DNA of 64,000 bases from Octopus vulgaris (lineage: Eukaryota), in assembly GCA_951406725.2 (NCBI GenBank), contig OX597836.1, positions 18,104,001 to 18,168,000 of the forward strand. The letters run 5' to 3'. The notes under the pieces are model-generated. The model worked only from the letters and a program-made list of their open reading frames with translations. It had not been told where the DNA came from and made no database searches. This document shows positions 1-13,382 of this stretch, in pieces. The stretch's first letter is position 1. Each line of letters begins with the position of its first letter. Both the position numbers and the translations under genes were made by a program.

Positions 1-890
1 TGTGTGTGTGCAGAGAGAAAGAGAGAGAGAGAAAGAGTGAGAGAGAGTAACATGAACTGTAATTGTATAACTGTATTCAGAAGGAAGTGAAGAAGAAGAA
101 GAAGAAGAAGAAGAACAACAACAACAACAACAACAACAACAAAAACAACAACAACAACAACGACGACGACGGCAATAACAACAAGAATAATAACAACATC
201 ACCATCTGTGATATAGTTTCATCTTGTCCCTACCGTTATGCAGCGGTCATATGATAAAAAAGCTTTCCATCCGTGAACATCTCTTTTATATATATATATA
301 TTGGCGTGTTTTATACTCTGAATGTATTTCTGTTTCTGAAAGAGCATAAGAAATGCTATTTGGATTATTTGGTTATTATTTCTAGCAAGTTGAACTCCTA
401 CCGTCAGGTCACATCGACCGTCAGTAATACTGGTGCTGGCGTAGGTTGTGGACAACTTCGTGGTCGTGCTGATGGTTGTGGTAATGGTGATTGTGATAAT
501 AGTAGTAGCAGCGGCAGTAGCAGCAGCAGCAGTAGTTGTTGTAGTTGGTGTTTGTTTGTTTGTTTGTTGAGCGAAACTGGTACTTAATTTATCGACCCCG
601 AAAGAATGAAAGGGAAAGTCGACCTCGGCGGAATTTGAACTCAGAACGTATCAATACCACCTTTCCTTTGACATTATATCTTGAACAAGGTTCTCTACTA
701 TGTCCTTCTCTTTCCTTCTTTTTCAAACCAATAAAATGTGATTTAGCTGTTATATCTAGCAGAACTGACAACCACAAATAAAACCCTCCCCTACCACAAG
801 CTCCTCTGCCGCCGTTTATTGTCACGTTCTGCTATTACAGTATTTTATTTAATATAATGTCTTCATCTGTGCAAGGTTTTGTTTTGTTTT

Positions 891-1130
891 GCAGAGAAAG
901 TTAGCAAAGATTTGAGGATGTATTTAGCTGTTGTTTCTTGCAGAGAAAGTTAGAAATGATTTGAGGATGTATTTAGCTGTTGTTTCTTGCAGAGAAAGTT
1001 AGCAAAGATTTGAGGATGTATTTAGCTGTTGTTTCTTGCAGAGAAAGTTAGAAATGATTTGAAAGGGGATTGTTGCTGTTTTTGTTTGTTTTTCTTGTTT
1101 TTTCGCAGAGAAATTTAGGAATGATTTCAG
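891..1130 (+). repeat. 49-bp minisatellite, ~4.5 copies, alternating A/B variants
   Basis: gcagagaaagttag starts at 891, 940, 989, 1038, plus a degenerate copy at 1105; variants caaagattt/aaatgattt alternate. Confidence 0.9.
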
Positions 1131-1182
1131 AGAACGATTTGAAGGAGAATTTAGCTACTCTTTGTAGCAGAAGCTACGATTA

Positions 1183-1360
1183 AATACCTATTTCTTTACT
1201 ACCCACAAGGGGCTAAACTCAGAGAGGACAAACAAGGACAGACAAACGGATTAAGTCGTCGGTTATATCGACCCCACTGCGAAACTGGTACTTAATTTAT
1301 CGACCCCGAAAGGATGAAAGGCAATGTCGACCTTGGCGGAATTTGAACTCAGAACTTAAC
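1183..1360 (-). mobile_element. SINE family 1 (tRNA-derived, probably Meta-like central domain), 5'-truncated
   Basis: Reverse complement contains B-box gagttcaaattcc, central gcctttcatcctttcggggtcgataaattaagtaccag and tail ccccttgtgggtagtaaagaaataggt, as in many other copies in the window. Confidence 0.85.
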
Positions 1361-1849
1361 GTAGCAATACCATCTTTGCTTTGACATCATATCTTGAACA
1401 ACGTTCTCTACTATGTCCTTCTTTCTTCTTTACTTCTTTTTCAAACCAATAAAATGTGATTTAGCTGTTATATCTAGCAGATCTGACAACCACAAATAAA
1501 ACCCTCCCCTACCATGAGCTCTTCTACCACCGTTTATTGTCACGTTCTGCTGTTATAGTATTTTATTTAATATTATGTCTTCATCTGTGCAGTGTTTTAT
1601 ATCAACGCGAAAACACTGAATAAATATTTAAAGGAGTACAAGGCAATCACAACAACGCCACTGCCATCGCTGTCACCGCCGCCATGGATCCCTCGCATCG
1701 TCCTGGCACTGCGGCGGCACCACCCACTTCAGAATGCGTTCTGTGTACATTGTTTCCAGTGTGCACATCGATGCACATCCATGGACATCGATGCACACAT
1801 GCATGTACACAGAAACATCTGTAGAGCGGTGTGATTAGTGAGAGTATAG

Positions 1850-2126
1850 AGAGGGTGAAATTGGAATGTCTAAAATGAGAGGGAGGGACAGAGAGAGAGG
1901 AAGAGGGAGAAGAAGAGAGAGAGGAAAAGGAAGAAGGAGAGAAGGAGACAGAGGAGTGGAATGGTAGAGAAAGGCAGATAGAGTAGGATATGGGGAGAGA
2001 GAGAGAGAGGCGGAGAGAGGGAAAGATGAGAAGAGAGACAGAGAGAGGGAAATAAATTGAATAGAGCCACACAGAGAGAGAAGGAAGAATTGAAGCGGGG
2101 AGACATTGAGGAAGCGAGAAACATAG

Positions 2127-2185
<59 letters not shown>

Positions 2186-2650
2186 ATGATAGAGACATAT
2201 AAGAAGAGAAATAGAAGAGTGAGAGTGTGAGAGAGGCGACTAGAGAGGTATAGAGAGGGGTGGAAGAAAACAAAATGAGTGAGGGTGAGAGGAAAAAGAG
2301 GAGTGTAGGGAAGATGGAGAGAGAGAGAGAGAGAGAGGGAATTAGGTGAAGCGAGAGAATGTGAGAGGAAGAGACAGAGTGAGATGAAGAGAGAAATAGA
2401 GAGATAGAGAGGAGACAGAGAGGAGTCAGACAGAGACAGAGAGAAGGGGATAGACAGAGACAAAGACACAGAGGGAGAGAGAAAGACACAGAGACAGAGA
2501 CAAAGGCAGAGAGAGAGAGAGTGAGAGAGAGAGAGAGAGTGACTCACAGAGAGAGAGAGTGGGTCAGAGAGAGAAAGAGAGAGAGATAGTGATTCACAGA
2601 GAGAGAGAGAGAGTGGGTCAGAGAGAGAGAGAGAGAGAGATAGTGATTGG
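1850..2650. repeat. GA-rich low-complexity / (GA)n tract
   Basis: Polypurine tract with (GA)n runs; explains the S/L-rich minus-strand ORFs. Confidence 0.9.
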
Positions 2651-2879
2651 GGGAGTTATTTATTTATTTATCAACCGTTGCATTTGCTGACGCTGCTGGA
2701 TACTGTTGCTGTTGTTGTTGTTGTTGCTGCTGTTCTCGTCTAGAGTTGTTAGTTTTATATTGAATGCTGTAGCTGTTGACACTATTATTGCTGTTGTTGA
2801 TGCTCCTGTCGTTGTTGTCACTGCTGTGCTGTTATTATCGTTAATGTAAGCTTTAATGGTTCTTATTATTTCTGTTAGA

Positions 2880-3420
2880 CGGTGGAGATGGTAAAATCGT
2901 TAGCAACTCGGGCAAAAAACTTAGCGGCATTTCGTCCACCCTTACGTTCTGAGTTCAAATTCCGCCGAGGTCGACTTTGCCTTTCACCTTTCGGGGTCGA
3001 TGAAATAATTTTATCTTTAACTACCCACAAGGGGATAAACACAGAGGGGACAAACAAGGACAGACAAACGGATTAAGTCGACTACATCGACACCAGTGCG
3101 TAACTGGTACTTACTTTATCGACCCCGATAGGATGAAAGGCAAAGTCGACGTCGGCGGAATTTGAACCCAGAACGTAACGGCAGACGAAATACCTATTTC
3201 TTTACTACCCACAAGGGGTTAAACACAAAGAGGACAAACAAGGACAGACAAACGGATTAAGTCTATCATATCGACTCCAGTGCGCAACTGGTACTTGTTT
3301 AATCGACCACGAAAGGATGAAAGGCAAAATCGACCTCGGCGGAATTTGAACTCAGAACGTAACGGCATACGAAATGCCCCTAAAATTTCAGGCCTTGTGC
3401 CTATAGTAGAAAGGATTATT
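2880..3420. mobile_element. SINE family 1 (+) interrupted by an inverted SINE family 1 dimer (-, ~3012-3378)
   Basis: + head with A/B boxes 2880-3005; two minus-strand units joined at ~3190; + tail cccctaaaatttcaggccttgtgcctatagtagaaagg resumes ~3377. Confidence 0.75.
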
Positions 3421-3807
3421 TTTGCTATTATTGTTGTTGTTACGGCTGCTGTATCAGTTGGTGGTGGTGTTAGTGGTGGTGATGTTATCACATATTGCTA
3501 TAGTTTAGCCGTAGGTCAACCCTGGTGAAACGGACACTGGTTCAAATGTATTCCATCCACGACCATCCAATCATCTCTCGGGTACATTTTTTTTTATTTA
3601 TTTTACTGGTTTCTAGTTGAACAAATCCCACACCCACAAGACTTATTTTTTAAACCTAGTACTTATTCTATCAGTCTCTCTTTGGCTGGACCGCTAAGTT
3701 ACGGTGACGTAAACACACTAACATCGGTTGTCAAGCGATGATGGGGGAACAAATACAGACACAAACACAAACACACATATATATATATATATATATACGT
3801 ATGTGTG

Positions 3808-3842
<35 letters not shown>

Positions 3843-4814
3843 TAAAATTATAATTAAGGTTATCTAAAAGATACCACCATGCTAGATATAGCAGCCAAAA
3901 CGTGACTCTAAAACCACGTTAAATGTTCATACAGCACCAGGAGAGAAGACAAAAAAAAACAAAATAAACTAGCAAAAAATTATTGGATAATAACAATATT
4001 GGATAATAACAATTATTGGATAATAACAATAATAGTAATAGTAATAATTATAATCCTCGGAAGCATGTGGTTAAGAAGCAAGCTTGTTACCGCACGGCTT
4101 CGCCTGTGTCTATATATTCAAATATCCCCGGTGTCAATTTCGCTTCTCAATTTTTGGTGGGGCGATCAAGTTGAGCACAGAGACCAAGGTATTCAACTGT
4201 CTGCCCCCCCCCCCACATTGCTGGCCTTGTGCCCAAACTTGAAAGAATTATGTATGTTGCTTTTGTTGTTGTCGTTGTTGTTATTGTACTTATGTTTTAT
4301 GTTTTAGGGCCACGACCATCACCTTCTGTGTTTGTTTAGTTTGTTTTTAAAGGGACTTCGTGACAACTGGTAGAACAAGAAGAAAGATGTGCTCAAACTT
4401 CGGTTTAGGCCAAAATACTTGCAAGAGAGACGTAGTTTGTGGACATTCAAGGACCACTCGAAGGGTCTTCTTGGTCATCGTCATCATCGTGACCATCTTT
4501 CTCCTCCTCGTCGTCATCATCATTATCGACACCGTTGTCATCGTCACCATACGTTTTTCCCTGCACAACTATTCTCCCTCCATCCCTCCTCTTCACCCCT
4601 CTTCACCCTGTCATCAAATTCACCTTCCACCCTTATCGCAATTTACAGTTAATAGGGTACAGCCACACTGGTACATCACTGCCACTGATGAAGATGTAAT
4701 GGCACCGACGACGATGACGACGACGACAACGACGACGATGATGATCATGAGAAGAAGGAGGAGGAGGATGAGGACGACGTCGACGACGACGATATTGGTA
4801 ATGGGGATGATGGT

Positions 4815-4845
<31 letters not shown>

Positions 4846-5562
4846 CTGCTGCTGATGATGATGATGATGAAGAGGAGGAGGGAGAGGGGGACGATGTTAA
4901 TTATGATGATGGTGGTGGTGATGATGAAGATGATGACAATGATAACAATGACGTCGGCAATGATGATAATCATGAGAAGGACGAGGAGGAGGAGGAGAAG
5001 GACGACAGCGACGACGATATTGGTAATGGGGTGATGGTGCTGCTACTGCTGCTTATGATGATGAGGAGGAGTAAGAGGAGGAGGGGAAGATGTTAATTAT
5101 GATGATGGTGGTGGTGGTGATGAGGAATATGATGATGATAATGATAATAATGACGAGGGCAATGATGGCGATTGTAATGATGATGATGACTATTACAACG
5201 CTGGTTGTCTTGTTGATTTTATATTTCTTGTATTCCAGGTTTTCGAACGCTTAATAGATTTGTTATTGTTGTTGTTGTTGTTGTTGTTATTGCTGTTGTT
5301 GCTGCTGCATTTGTTACTAAAGCAGCTGCATCCGTCATTTCTGCATCCAATATTGACAAAGGATAATAATGACGACGATGATGATGATGATGAGGGGAAG
5401 GTGGAAGGCGCTGATGAAGAGGGATGAATATAATGAGGATTATAACTATTACTATTACTATTACTATTATTGTTGTTATTATTATTATTATTATCATTAT
5501 TATTATTATTATTACTATTATTATTATTATCATCATAATCATTATTATTATTATTATTATTA

Positions 5563-5599
<37 letters not shown>

Positions 5600-6019
5600 C
5601 ATTGTGGTCATTATCGCCATTATCATCAAGATTATCACCACTAGCACCACCAACAACACCTCCACCAGCAGCAACCCGAGCACCACCATCGCAACCAACA
5701 ACAATTCTTTCTACCTCCATCACACCACCACCGCCACTACCCATCTTCTCGCTGCACAGCCATCACCATCGTCAACGCGAACCTACCACCACCATCAACA
5801 AGTATACTTCCTCCAGCTCTACCTCCGCCCACATCACTGTCACAACCTCCACCATCACCGTTGGCAACCCACCAACCCCTCCTCTTCATCCACTACCGTC
5901 CTTCCCCAATCCATATTCCACATGTCCCATGTTCATCAATCAGTACAGTTCAGCTATTTCTAATTGTATCATTCCAGTCGGAATTAATTACGTTTATCGG
6001 ATGGAGAGAAAAGGACAAG

Positions 6020-6047
6020 TTATATAATAACAATAGCAATAATAATG

Positions 6048-6078
<31 letters not shown>

Positions 6079-6147
6079 TATTAATAATAATGATAAAAAT
6101 AATAATAATAATATATAATAATGATAATGATAATAATAATAATAATG

Positions 6148-6180
<33 letters not shown>

Positions 6181-6287
6181 GTAATAATAATAATAATGAT
6201 AATAATAATATTAATAAAAATAATAATGATAATAATAATAATAGTAATAACAATATTAATATTAATAATAACAATAATAATAATAAC

Positions 6288-6340
<53 letters not shown>

Positions 6341-6380
6341 TAATAATGATAATAATAATAATAACAATAATAATAATAAC

Positions 6381-6464
<84 letters not shown>

Positions 6465-6477
6465 GATAATGATGATG

Positions 6478-6531
<54 letters not shown>

Positions 6532-6576
6532 GTATTGATAACAATCACAGCAACAACGATAATGTTAATAATAATT
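6020..6576. repeat. Long (TAA)n microsatellite
   Basis: Direct reading; similar tracts at 5440-5600, 7345-7737, 10220-10296, 23930-24130, 40200-40390, 40580-40770, 46140-46263. Confidence 0.95.
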
Positions 6577-7346
6577 AGGGTTTTTTTCATATTTTGGCAC
6601 AAGGTGAACAAGTTCGGGAGGGAGATTTAGTCGATCATGCTGCCCCCAGTACTCGACCGGTACTTTACTGTAGAGTAGCATGTTCTACTTTTCTCTTCTT
6701 TATGTTTATACATTTGTAGGTGACTGTTTTTGTTGATGTCTTTAATTAAATCCTATGGGGTTCTAAAGAGGTCACTATTTCCATCGTTTTCTTAATTCTT
6801 TTGTAATTTTCAATTCGTCCGTTGTTGAAGTATATTTCTTTTGTTTACTTCGCCCCCGAAGCGAATCCATTAACATCATTTTTCTCATTTGAAATTTGCG
6901 TTGGTGGTTGCAGTGACGGTGGTTCTCTTTTTGTTGTCATTTATTTTTTCCATTCTTTTCGTTGTTGTCTGTGTTCAGGGCGATATAGTTGGAGGTGATT
7001 TCTTGGTTTTCTTTTGAATATTTTCTTTGTTGTTGTTGATGGTGGTGGTGATTCTGGTGGTTGTGGTGCTGCTGTTCGTGCTAGTGCTGTGAAGAGGGGG
7101 AAAATCAACAGAGTACTGGCTGTTACAACAGCCAGAAAGACTCCCCTGAATGACAGAGTCCATTTTTTGTTTTTGTTATTTGTATTATAGGACCAAACGT
7201 CCAAACACAAAAATCCCTTCTGCACTCCAAAATGGGTTCAGAAAACAAAACATTTCAACGAAACAGTCAACAAAATTCAAGAAACACTTACGGAGAGCTC
7301 AAAACAACACGCCCAGCCAAGGCGGCGGCAACAAGAACAAAATTAA

Positions 7347-7408
<62 letters not shown>

Positions 7409-7419
7409 TAATAATAATG

Positions 7420-7468
<49 letters not shown>

Positions 7469-7590
7469 TGATGATAATAATAATAAAAATAATAATAATA
7501 ACAATAACAATAATAATAATAATAATAATAATAAAAATAATAATAACAATAATAATGATAATAATAATAATAATAACAACAATAATAATG

Positions 7591-7722
<132 letters not shown>

Positions 7723-7737
7723 GTAATAATAATAATA

Positions 7738-8865
7738 ATCACTTGCTTACCACTAGTGTGGAAGCTGTTAACAGGAATGCTTTTAGAAAGTATTTACCAG
7801 CGCCTTGACAGCCAGAATTTACTGCCAGAAGAACAGAAAGGCTGCAGAAAGAAGGTTAGAGGAACGCATGATCTATTATACATAGACAAAGCATTTTTTA
7901 CATGGAGTAAAATCTAGAACGAAAAATCTAACAATAGTATGGATAGATTATAAGAAAGCCTATGACATGATCCCACACTCACGGATAAGTTAATGTTTGA
8001 ATATATTCAGTATAGCAGACGACATAAAAGAATTAATTTGCTTCGGCATCAAGAACTGGAAAGTAGATCTCTACTCAGGTGACACAGTCTTAGAGAAAGT
8101 TAATAAAAAGAGAGGAAATTTCCAAAGAGATCCGTTACCCCTTTTCATATTTATTTTATGTATGACCCCCTCCCCCACCTCAATATAGTATTAAGGAAGA
8201 CAATGGCAGTATCAGTTCAGAAATAGTAAAGGAAGAATGAACCATTTGCTTGCTCTACATGGAAGCTTTTTTAGTAAGACTGAAAAAGGGATAGATTCCT
8301 TAATACAGACTGTAAGACTCTTCAGATATAGACATGGAATTTGGTATAGACAAGCGTGCAATATTATACCTTAAACGGGGGAATTGTAGTCAACAGTGAA
8401 GGCATCCAATTACCAGATGGTCAGATATTTAAAATCATTGAAAGGAGAGAGTTATAAGTATCCAGGAGTATTAAAAGCTGACAGAGTACTAACTACAGAA
8501 ATGAAAACAAAAATTGAGAAGGAGAACATCAGAAGAGTGAGGAAGCTAATGAAGTGAAAGCTAAATGGTTCGAATCTAGAAAAGGCTATTAAAACTTGGG
8601 CAATATCATTACTTAGATATTCAGCAGCTTTTGTTGATGGGAAAAATTTGAATTAGCAAAGCTTCACAGAAGAACTATGAAGGAATTCAATATGATTGGA
8701 GGACTCTACTCAAGAGTAGGAGTAGCAAGATTTTACTGGCCTAAAAAGGAAGGTGGAAGTAAAAGACTGCGTGGAGTTAGAGTAGATCTAGACTCCTATG
8801 TAGGTAATACGAAAGTTAAAGAGCCACTAGAGTCGCAGCTGGACATAGGGAAACTAAAGAACTAA
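7738..8865 (+). pseudogene. Decayed reverse transcriptase of an R4/Dong-clade non-LTR retrotransposon
   Basis: [13 protein letters not shown]...EEQKGCRK...DLLYIDK, WIDYKKAYDMIPHS, RGNFQRDPL, ARFYWPKKEGG with stops and frameshifts; starts directly after (TAA)n. Confidence 0.85.
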
Positions 8866-8934
8866 ATGATGAGAAAATCAATATGAGAGGTAGAAAGAAA
8901 ATAGCAAAGTACCAGAAATGTTTGAAAACATCAC

Positions 8935-9638
8935 ACAGTTAACGGAAAACTTTACGTTCAATGAACCGGCTCAACGAAGCTATCCTGCTAAAAGGAGCCA
9001 ATCGGTGATACGTCGTGCTTCTTCAACATGAAAATGTCCGTCCCTACTTCGCCAGCTTTACTAAAAATGTTATTAAAGAGCTCAGTTGGAAAGTTCTACC
9101 GTACCCAACGTATTCTCCTGATATAACATTTTCAGATCGTCAGCTTTTCCGGTCGTTTTCAACTTACTGTGAGGAGTTCAACAACGACGTGTAGCAAAAG
9201 ACGTGACTTGATGAATCTTTCGAGCCAAGACCCGGTGATTTCTAACATCAAAGAATTGACCAGCGAATGGACCATTGGTAAGAAGTTCTGAACAATGAAG
9301 GAGAATAAACATTGTCCCGAGGGAGATCAAAGAGGAAAAGGATCCCATCAACTTTAAACTGAGTCTGGATAGATTCCTTCAAAGAATACCTGATAAGCCA
9401 CCCATAACTGGATACAACTCACCCAACAAGAACTCACTACTTAAACAAAACTTGACTTAAACAGGATTCGAATAATCCTGTCAGGTGGTGCTATTAAGTT
9501 AGGCATGGCCTGGACCAATCTTTGGTCGAAACATGTCTAAGTTATCTAAGTTATTATTCATTGAATTCTTAATATTGTTGATGAAAAATAAGGATTAAAA
9601 TAAATGGCAAAAGCATGAACGAAACTGAGACAACCTAA
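8935..9638 (+). mobile_element. Mariner transposon 3' remnant, interrupted by a LINE fragment
   Basis: LLQHENVRPY...ELSWKVLPYPTYSPDITFSD is a degenerate HDNARPH...HPPYSPDLAPSD; TIR-like end gagacaacctaa at 9638. Confidence 0.8.
9314..9554 (+). mobile_element. 3' end of a CR1/L2-group-like LINE nested in the mariner
   Basis: VPREIKEEKDPINFKLSLDRFLQRIPDKPPITGYNSPNKNSLL, then a UTR with stem-loop gaccaa-tct-ttggtc and a (ctaagttat)2 tail. Clade assignment is from motif memory. Confidence 0.65.
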
Positions 9639-9970
9639 CATACATAACGATACAGTAATGTTACAAAGATACTCCACATGCGCCATTCCAATTTCAAGTC
9701 GCTAGAGAAATATTTATGTGATACTTACATCCCTTCTTAGCTGTCTTAGAGAATAACAATGCAAAGATTAATGACATTTCTGGTATAAAGCCGATAGACG
9801 AAGCTTTAGAATATGATAAATTTCACATAATTTTTTTTCTAAGGTTACAGCAATAACAATGGAATATTAGACATGGAAATAAATAGTTTCGTGCGGAAAC
9901 CAGCTGGACACCGTAATAATCAGAACGTTACTGATATTTAATAAAAGACGTGACAGCACTTAAGATAAAC

Positions 9971-10007
<37 letters not shown>

Positions 10008-10218
10008 TATATATATATATATAGTGTTCTCTATGTAATTGGTACAAATGGAATGCTAGACAATCACTTCCGTATAGACAGTGATCGATTATCTATAAAG
10101 ATCGGAACTGTTAAACGTTTTAGTAAACACTATGATTACCACATCAGTAAGGGATGTGGCGGCATTTGTCAACGTTTCTTAACCCTAAACAATTGGGTGA
10201 AGATGATAATTGGTGAGA

Positions 10219-10302
<84 letters not shown>

Positions 10303-10303
10303 T

Positions 10304-10562
10304 AAAACAGAAACAATTCCTATCATAGTAAGTGCATTAGGCATGATAAAAAAATATTCAGACAAATACATAACAAAAACACCAGGACTTACAAACACAT
10401 ATAACATACAGAAAATTGCACTACTAGGCACTGCACATATCCTACGCAGAACACTTTCCATACAATAACCATCAGAGCATCACAACAAATCACAGCACAT
10501 ACCCAAGGCACACAGAGCTGCGCTCGGTAGTGAAGTGAAAGCACGCTATAAAAATAAAACTA

Positions 10563-10567
<5 letters not shown>
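10304..10567 (+). mobile_element. 3' terminus of R4/Dong-clade LINE within (TAA)n
   Basis: KTETIPIIVSALGMIKK...IQKIALLGTAHILRRTLSIQ* (stop 10466-10468), short UTR, (TAA)n on both sides. Confidence 0.85.
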
Positions 10568-10628
<61 letters not shown>

Positions 10629-10757
10629 TATAATAATAATAATAATAACAACAACTAGTACAGCACTAAGTACAAAACCAAATATATGGCACCCTAGGCA
10701 TAACACCAACATGAACTTCCAGCTTGTTGTCTCTTATAAACGAATCAAACATAACGT

Positions 10758-10890
<133 letters not shown>

Positions 10891-11445
10891 AATTTCAAAT
10901 GTTAGCAGCAGACCAGCCATTTTTTTAGGGGAGGGGACCAGTTGATTGCATCGACCCCAGTGTTCAACTGGTACCTTATTTTATCGACATCCTCCTCCTT
11001 CTCCTTCTCCAAAGGATGTAAGGCAAACTCGACCTGGGCTGCATTTGCGCATTTGAACTTAAAACATAAACCTGAAAGAAATGCCGCTAATTATTTCGTC
11101 CACACGCTGACGATTCCATCAGCTCCGGCGGTACAAACAGCATTGATGTTTCAGAAGAGGGTTCTAGTCGATTAAATCGACAGTAGTATTTGTATAGTAT
11201 TTATCTAGCACTTTATTTTATCGTCCCCAGATTGTTGAAATGTACTTTTGAATTCAGCGAGATTTGAAATCAAAACGAAAACACCCGGAAAAATGTAGCA
11301 AAGCTTCAATGGTTCTGAAACTCTAACAAATGATAGTTAAGTCTATATTATGTTGATAAATATACTTCAGACTACATCGGTAACTTGCACTCTTTGTGAA
11401 ATCTTTTAATTAAAATCTTTTAATACAATACTTACCCACCTATAT

Positions 11446-11925
11446 ACCAATCTAACTGCATGCATACCCCCACCCACACATACACACAGCGTATACATAC
11501 ATGCATATATATACGCATATACATAAATATATATTATGTGCTTGCGCGTGCGTATACACACGCAGGCACATATGTATTATTAGACATATGTATCTGAAGG
11601 TACAATTACATACACACACATATATATAAGTATATGTGTATATATTTATTTATAAATATATAAATATACACATACACACAATCCAACCAATCTAATTGCA
11701 TGCATATACCCACCCACACATATACACAGCGTATACATACATGCATATATATACGCATATACATAAATATATATTATGTGCTTGCGCATGCGTATACACA
11801 CGCAGGCACATATGTATTGTTAGACATATGTATCTGAAGGTACAATTACATACACACACATATATATATATAAGTGTATGTGTATATATTTATTTATAAT
11901 TATATAAATTTACACATACACTCAC
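11446..11925 (+). repeat. Tandem duplication, 240-bp period
   Basis: accaatctaa(c/t)tgcatgcata... at 11446 and 11686, near-identical throughout. Confidence 0.9.
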
Positions 11926-12893
11926 ACATACAGTTTACTTATACACAGTGGAATATACACGGAAATACGTACGCATACAAATATACACATAGCACTCACA
12001 GTTACGCACAATCGTTCACACACACACTGGTACAACAGACAGATAAGGAGTGTGTGATGAGAACAGTAAAATGAACAATATTCTAATTCAAATGAAAATA
12101 TAAAAAATAAGCGCAAAAGTTGGTGCGTTTTGAGATGTGTGAGATGTGTCTAGACATGAAATGGCTGGAACAGTTGTCTCTAGTAGCAACAAGAACAACA
12201 ACAACAATAGCAACTACAATAATAACAGCAATAACAATTGTGATAATGAATGCAACTTCGTCATCAGCAGCCAATAAATATGGCGCTTAAAACAACAGCA
12301 ACGACGACGACGACAACAACAACAACAACAAAGAAAACAAGAGCAACAACAAAAACAAATGGTCGTAAGAACTGCAAGTTCGTCTTCAATAGTAACAGTT
12401 TATGACGTCTACCACATCAGAAGTGGCAGCAGCGACAATAACAAAGGCTAATATAATGATTATCGTAAGGGCTTACATGATAACAACAACAAGAACTACA
12501 GCAGCAGCAGCAGCAACAACAACAACAGAAACACCTGGAATTAACTGCAATTTAACTAAATTCGAGGAGAATTACAATAAAATCAAGGACTGAAATAAAA
12601 GGGACAACAATAAGAAATGGAACAAAAAAAATAACAGCAACAAAAAAATCAATAGGTATAAAAACAACAACAACAGAAATATCGGCGACAACAATTAAAC
12701 CATGAATAACAACAATAATTACAACAACGATGGCAAAAGCTACAAGTGTAACAGCAACAAGAACAAGAGCAACGACGACTACTGAAACACGAGCATTATA
12801 TTAGGAACGTCAATGGCTACAAAGCATTCCATGAAGTAACACCTAATAATTGGATCGAGAGTATGATTATGTTTGATACCTAGAATGATATAA

Positions 12894-13288
12894 TCTCTCT
12901 ATATATATAAAGCTGAAGTCTGTGTATAAGCAGGTTTGGTAGGCTTCAACTAACACTATCTCCTCCGAGACGCTACGGCGCAAGTTGGCCAAAATTGAGA
13001 GTATGATAGAAGAAGGCTTGCTCTTCCTTCGGTAGAAGAAAAAAAATTCAAATCGGACCATGTTAACACCAAAATTTATTTACATCAAAAAGGTGCTTTT
13101 TTTCTATGAAAATCTCTATTTTTTTACGAATTTTTGACTGCTGTGTCGCCATTTTTCGGTGTATTTCAACCAGAAAAATGTTCACTTAAAGAAGATAACA
13201 AGCTACACAATGCAAAATTTTTACTTTTCAAAAATTCCAATTCTAAAGGGTCGAAACAAACTCGAGCAACGCCGGACGATACTGCTAG
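12894..13288 (+). mobile_element. Non-autonomous Helitron
   Basis: A|TC start (tctctctatatatataaagctgaag), GC-rich subterminal ctcgagcaacgccggacg, CTAG|T end, no TSD; 3' end shared with the element at 55023. Confidence 0.8.
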
Positions 13289-13382
13289 TCGTAGATAAAT
13301 AAGACATAATGGTCACAGGTGAAATGTGTTTGTTCATAGACCTGCTCGATCAGAACTGAATTTTACTTCAACAACAATAACC

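Larger units (their letters stand above)
572..1591 (+). repeat. ~300-bp direct duplication (572-872 and 1279-1591) flanking a minisatellite and a SINE
   Basis: Both copies read gcgaaactggtacttaatttatcgaccccg...caatacca(c/t)cttt...tgtcttcatctgtgca with few differences. Confidence 0.85.

Noticed and set aside
891-1130. CRISPR-like periodicity
   Set aside because: Contiguous units with no unique spacers, no cas genes, eukaryotic context.
4455-4610. Acidic minus-strand peptide (YGDDDNG...QEDPSSGP*)
   Set aside because: Short, low-complexity, in-frame stop upstream, no clean acceptor.
6941-7089. Minus-strand terminal exon after a strong pyrimidine tract + CAG
   Set aside because: Low-complexity peptides in both open frames, no recognisable domain, no linked exon.
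9505-9540. Hammerhead at gaccaa/ttggtc-GAAACATGTC
   Set aside because: No CTGANGA box; better explained as a LINE 3' stem-loop.
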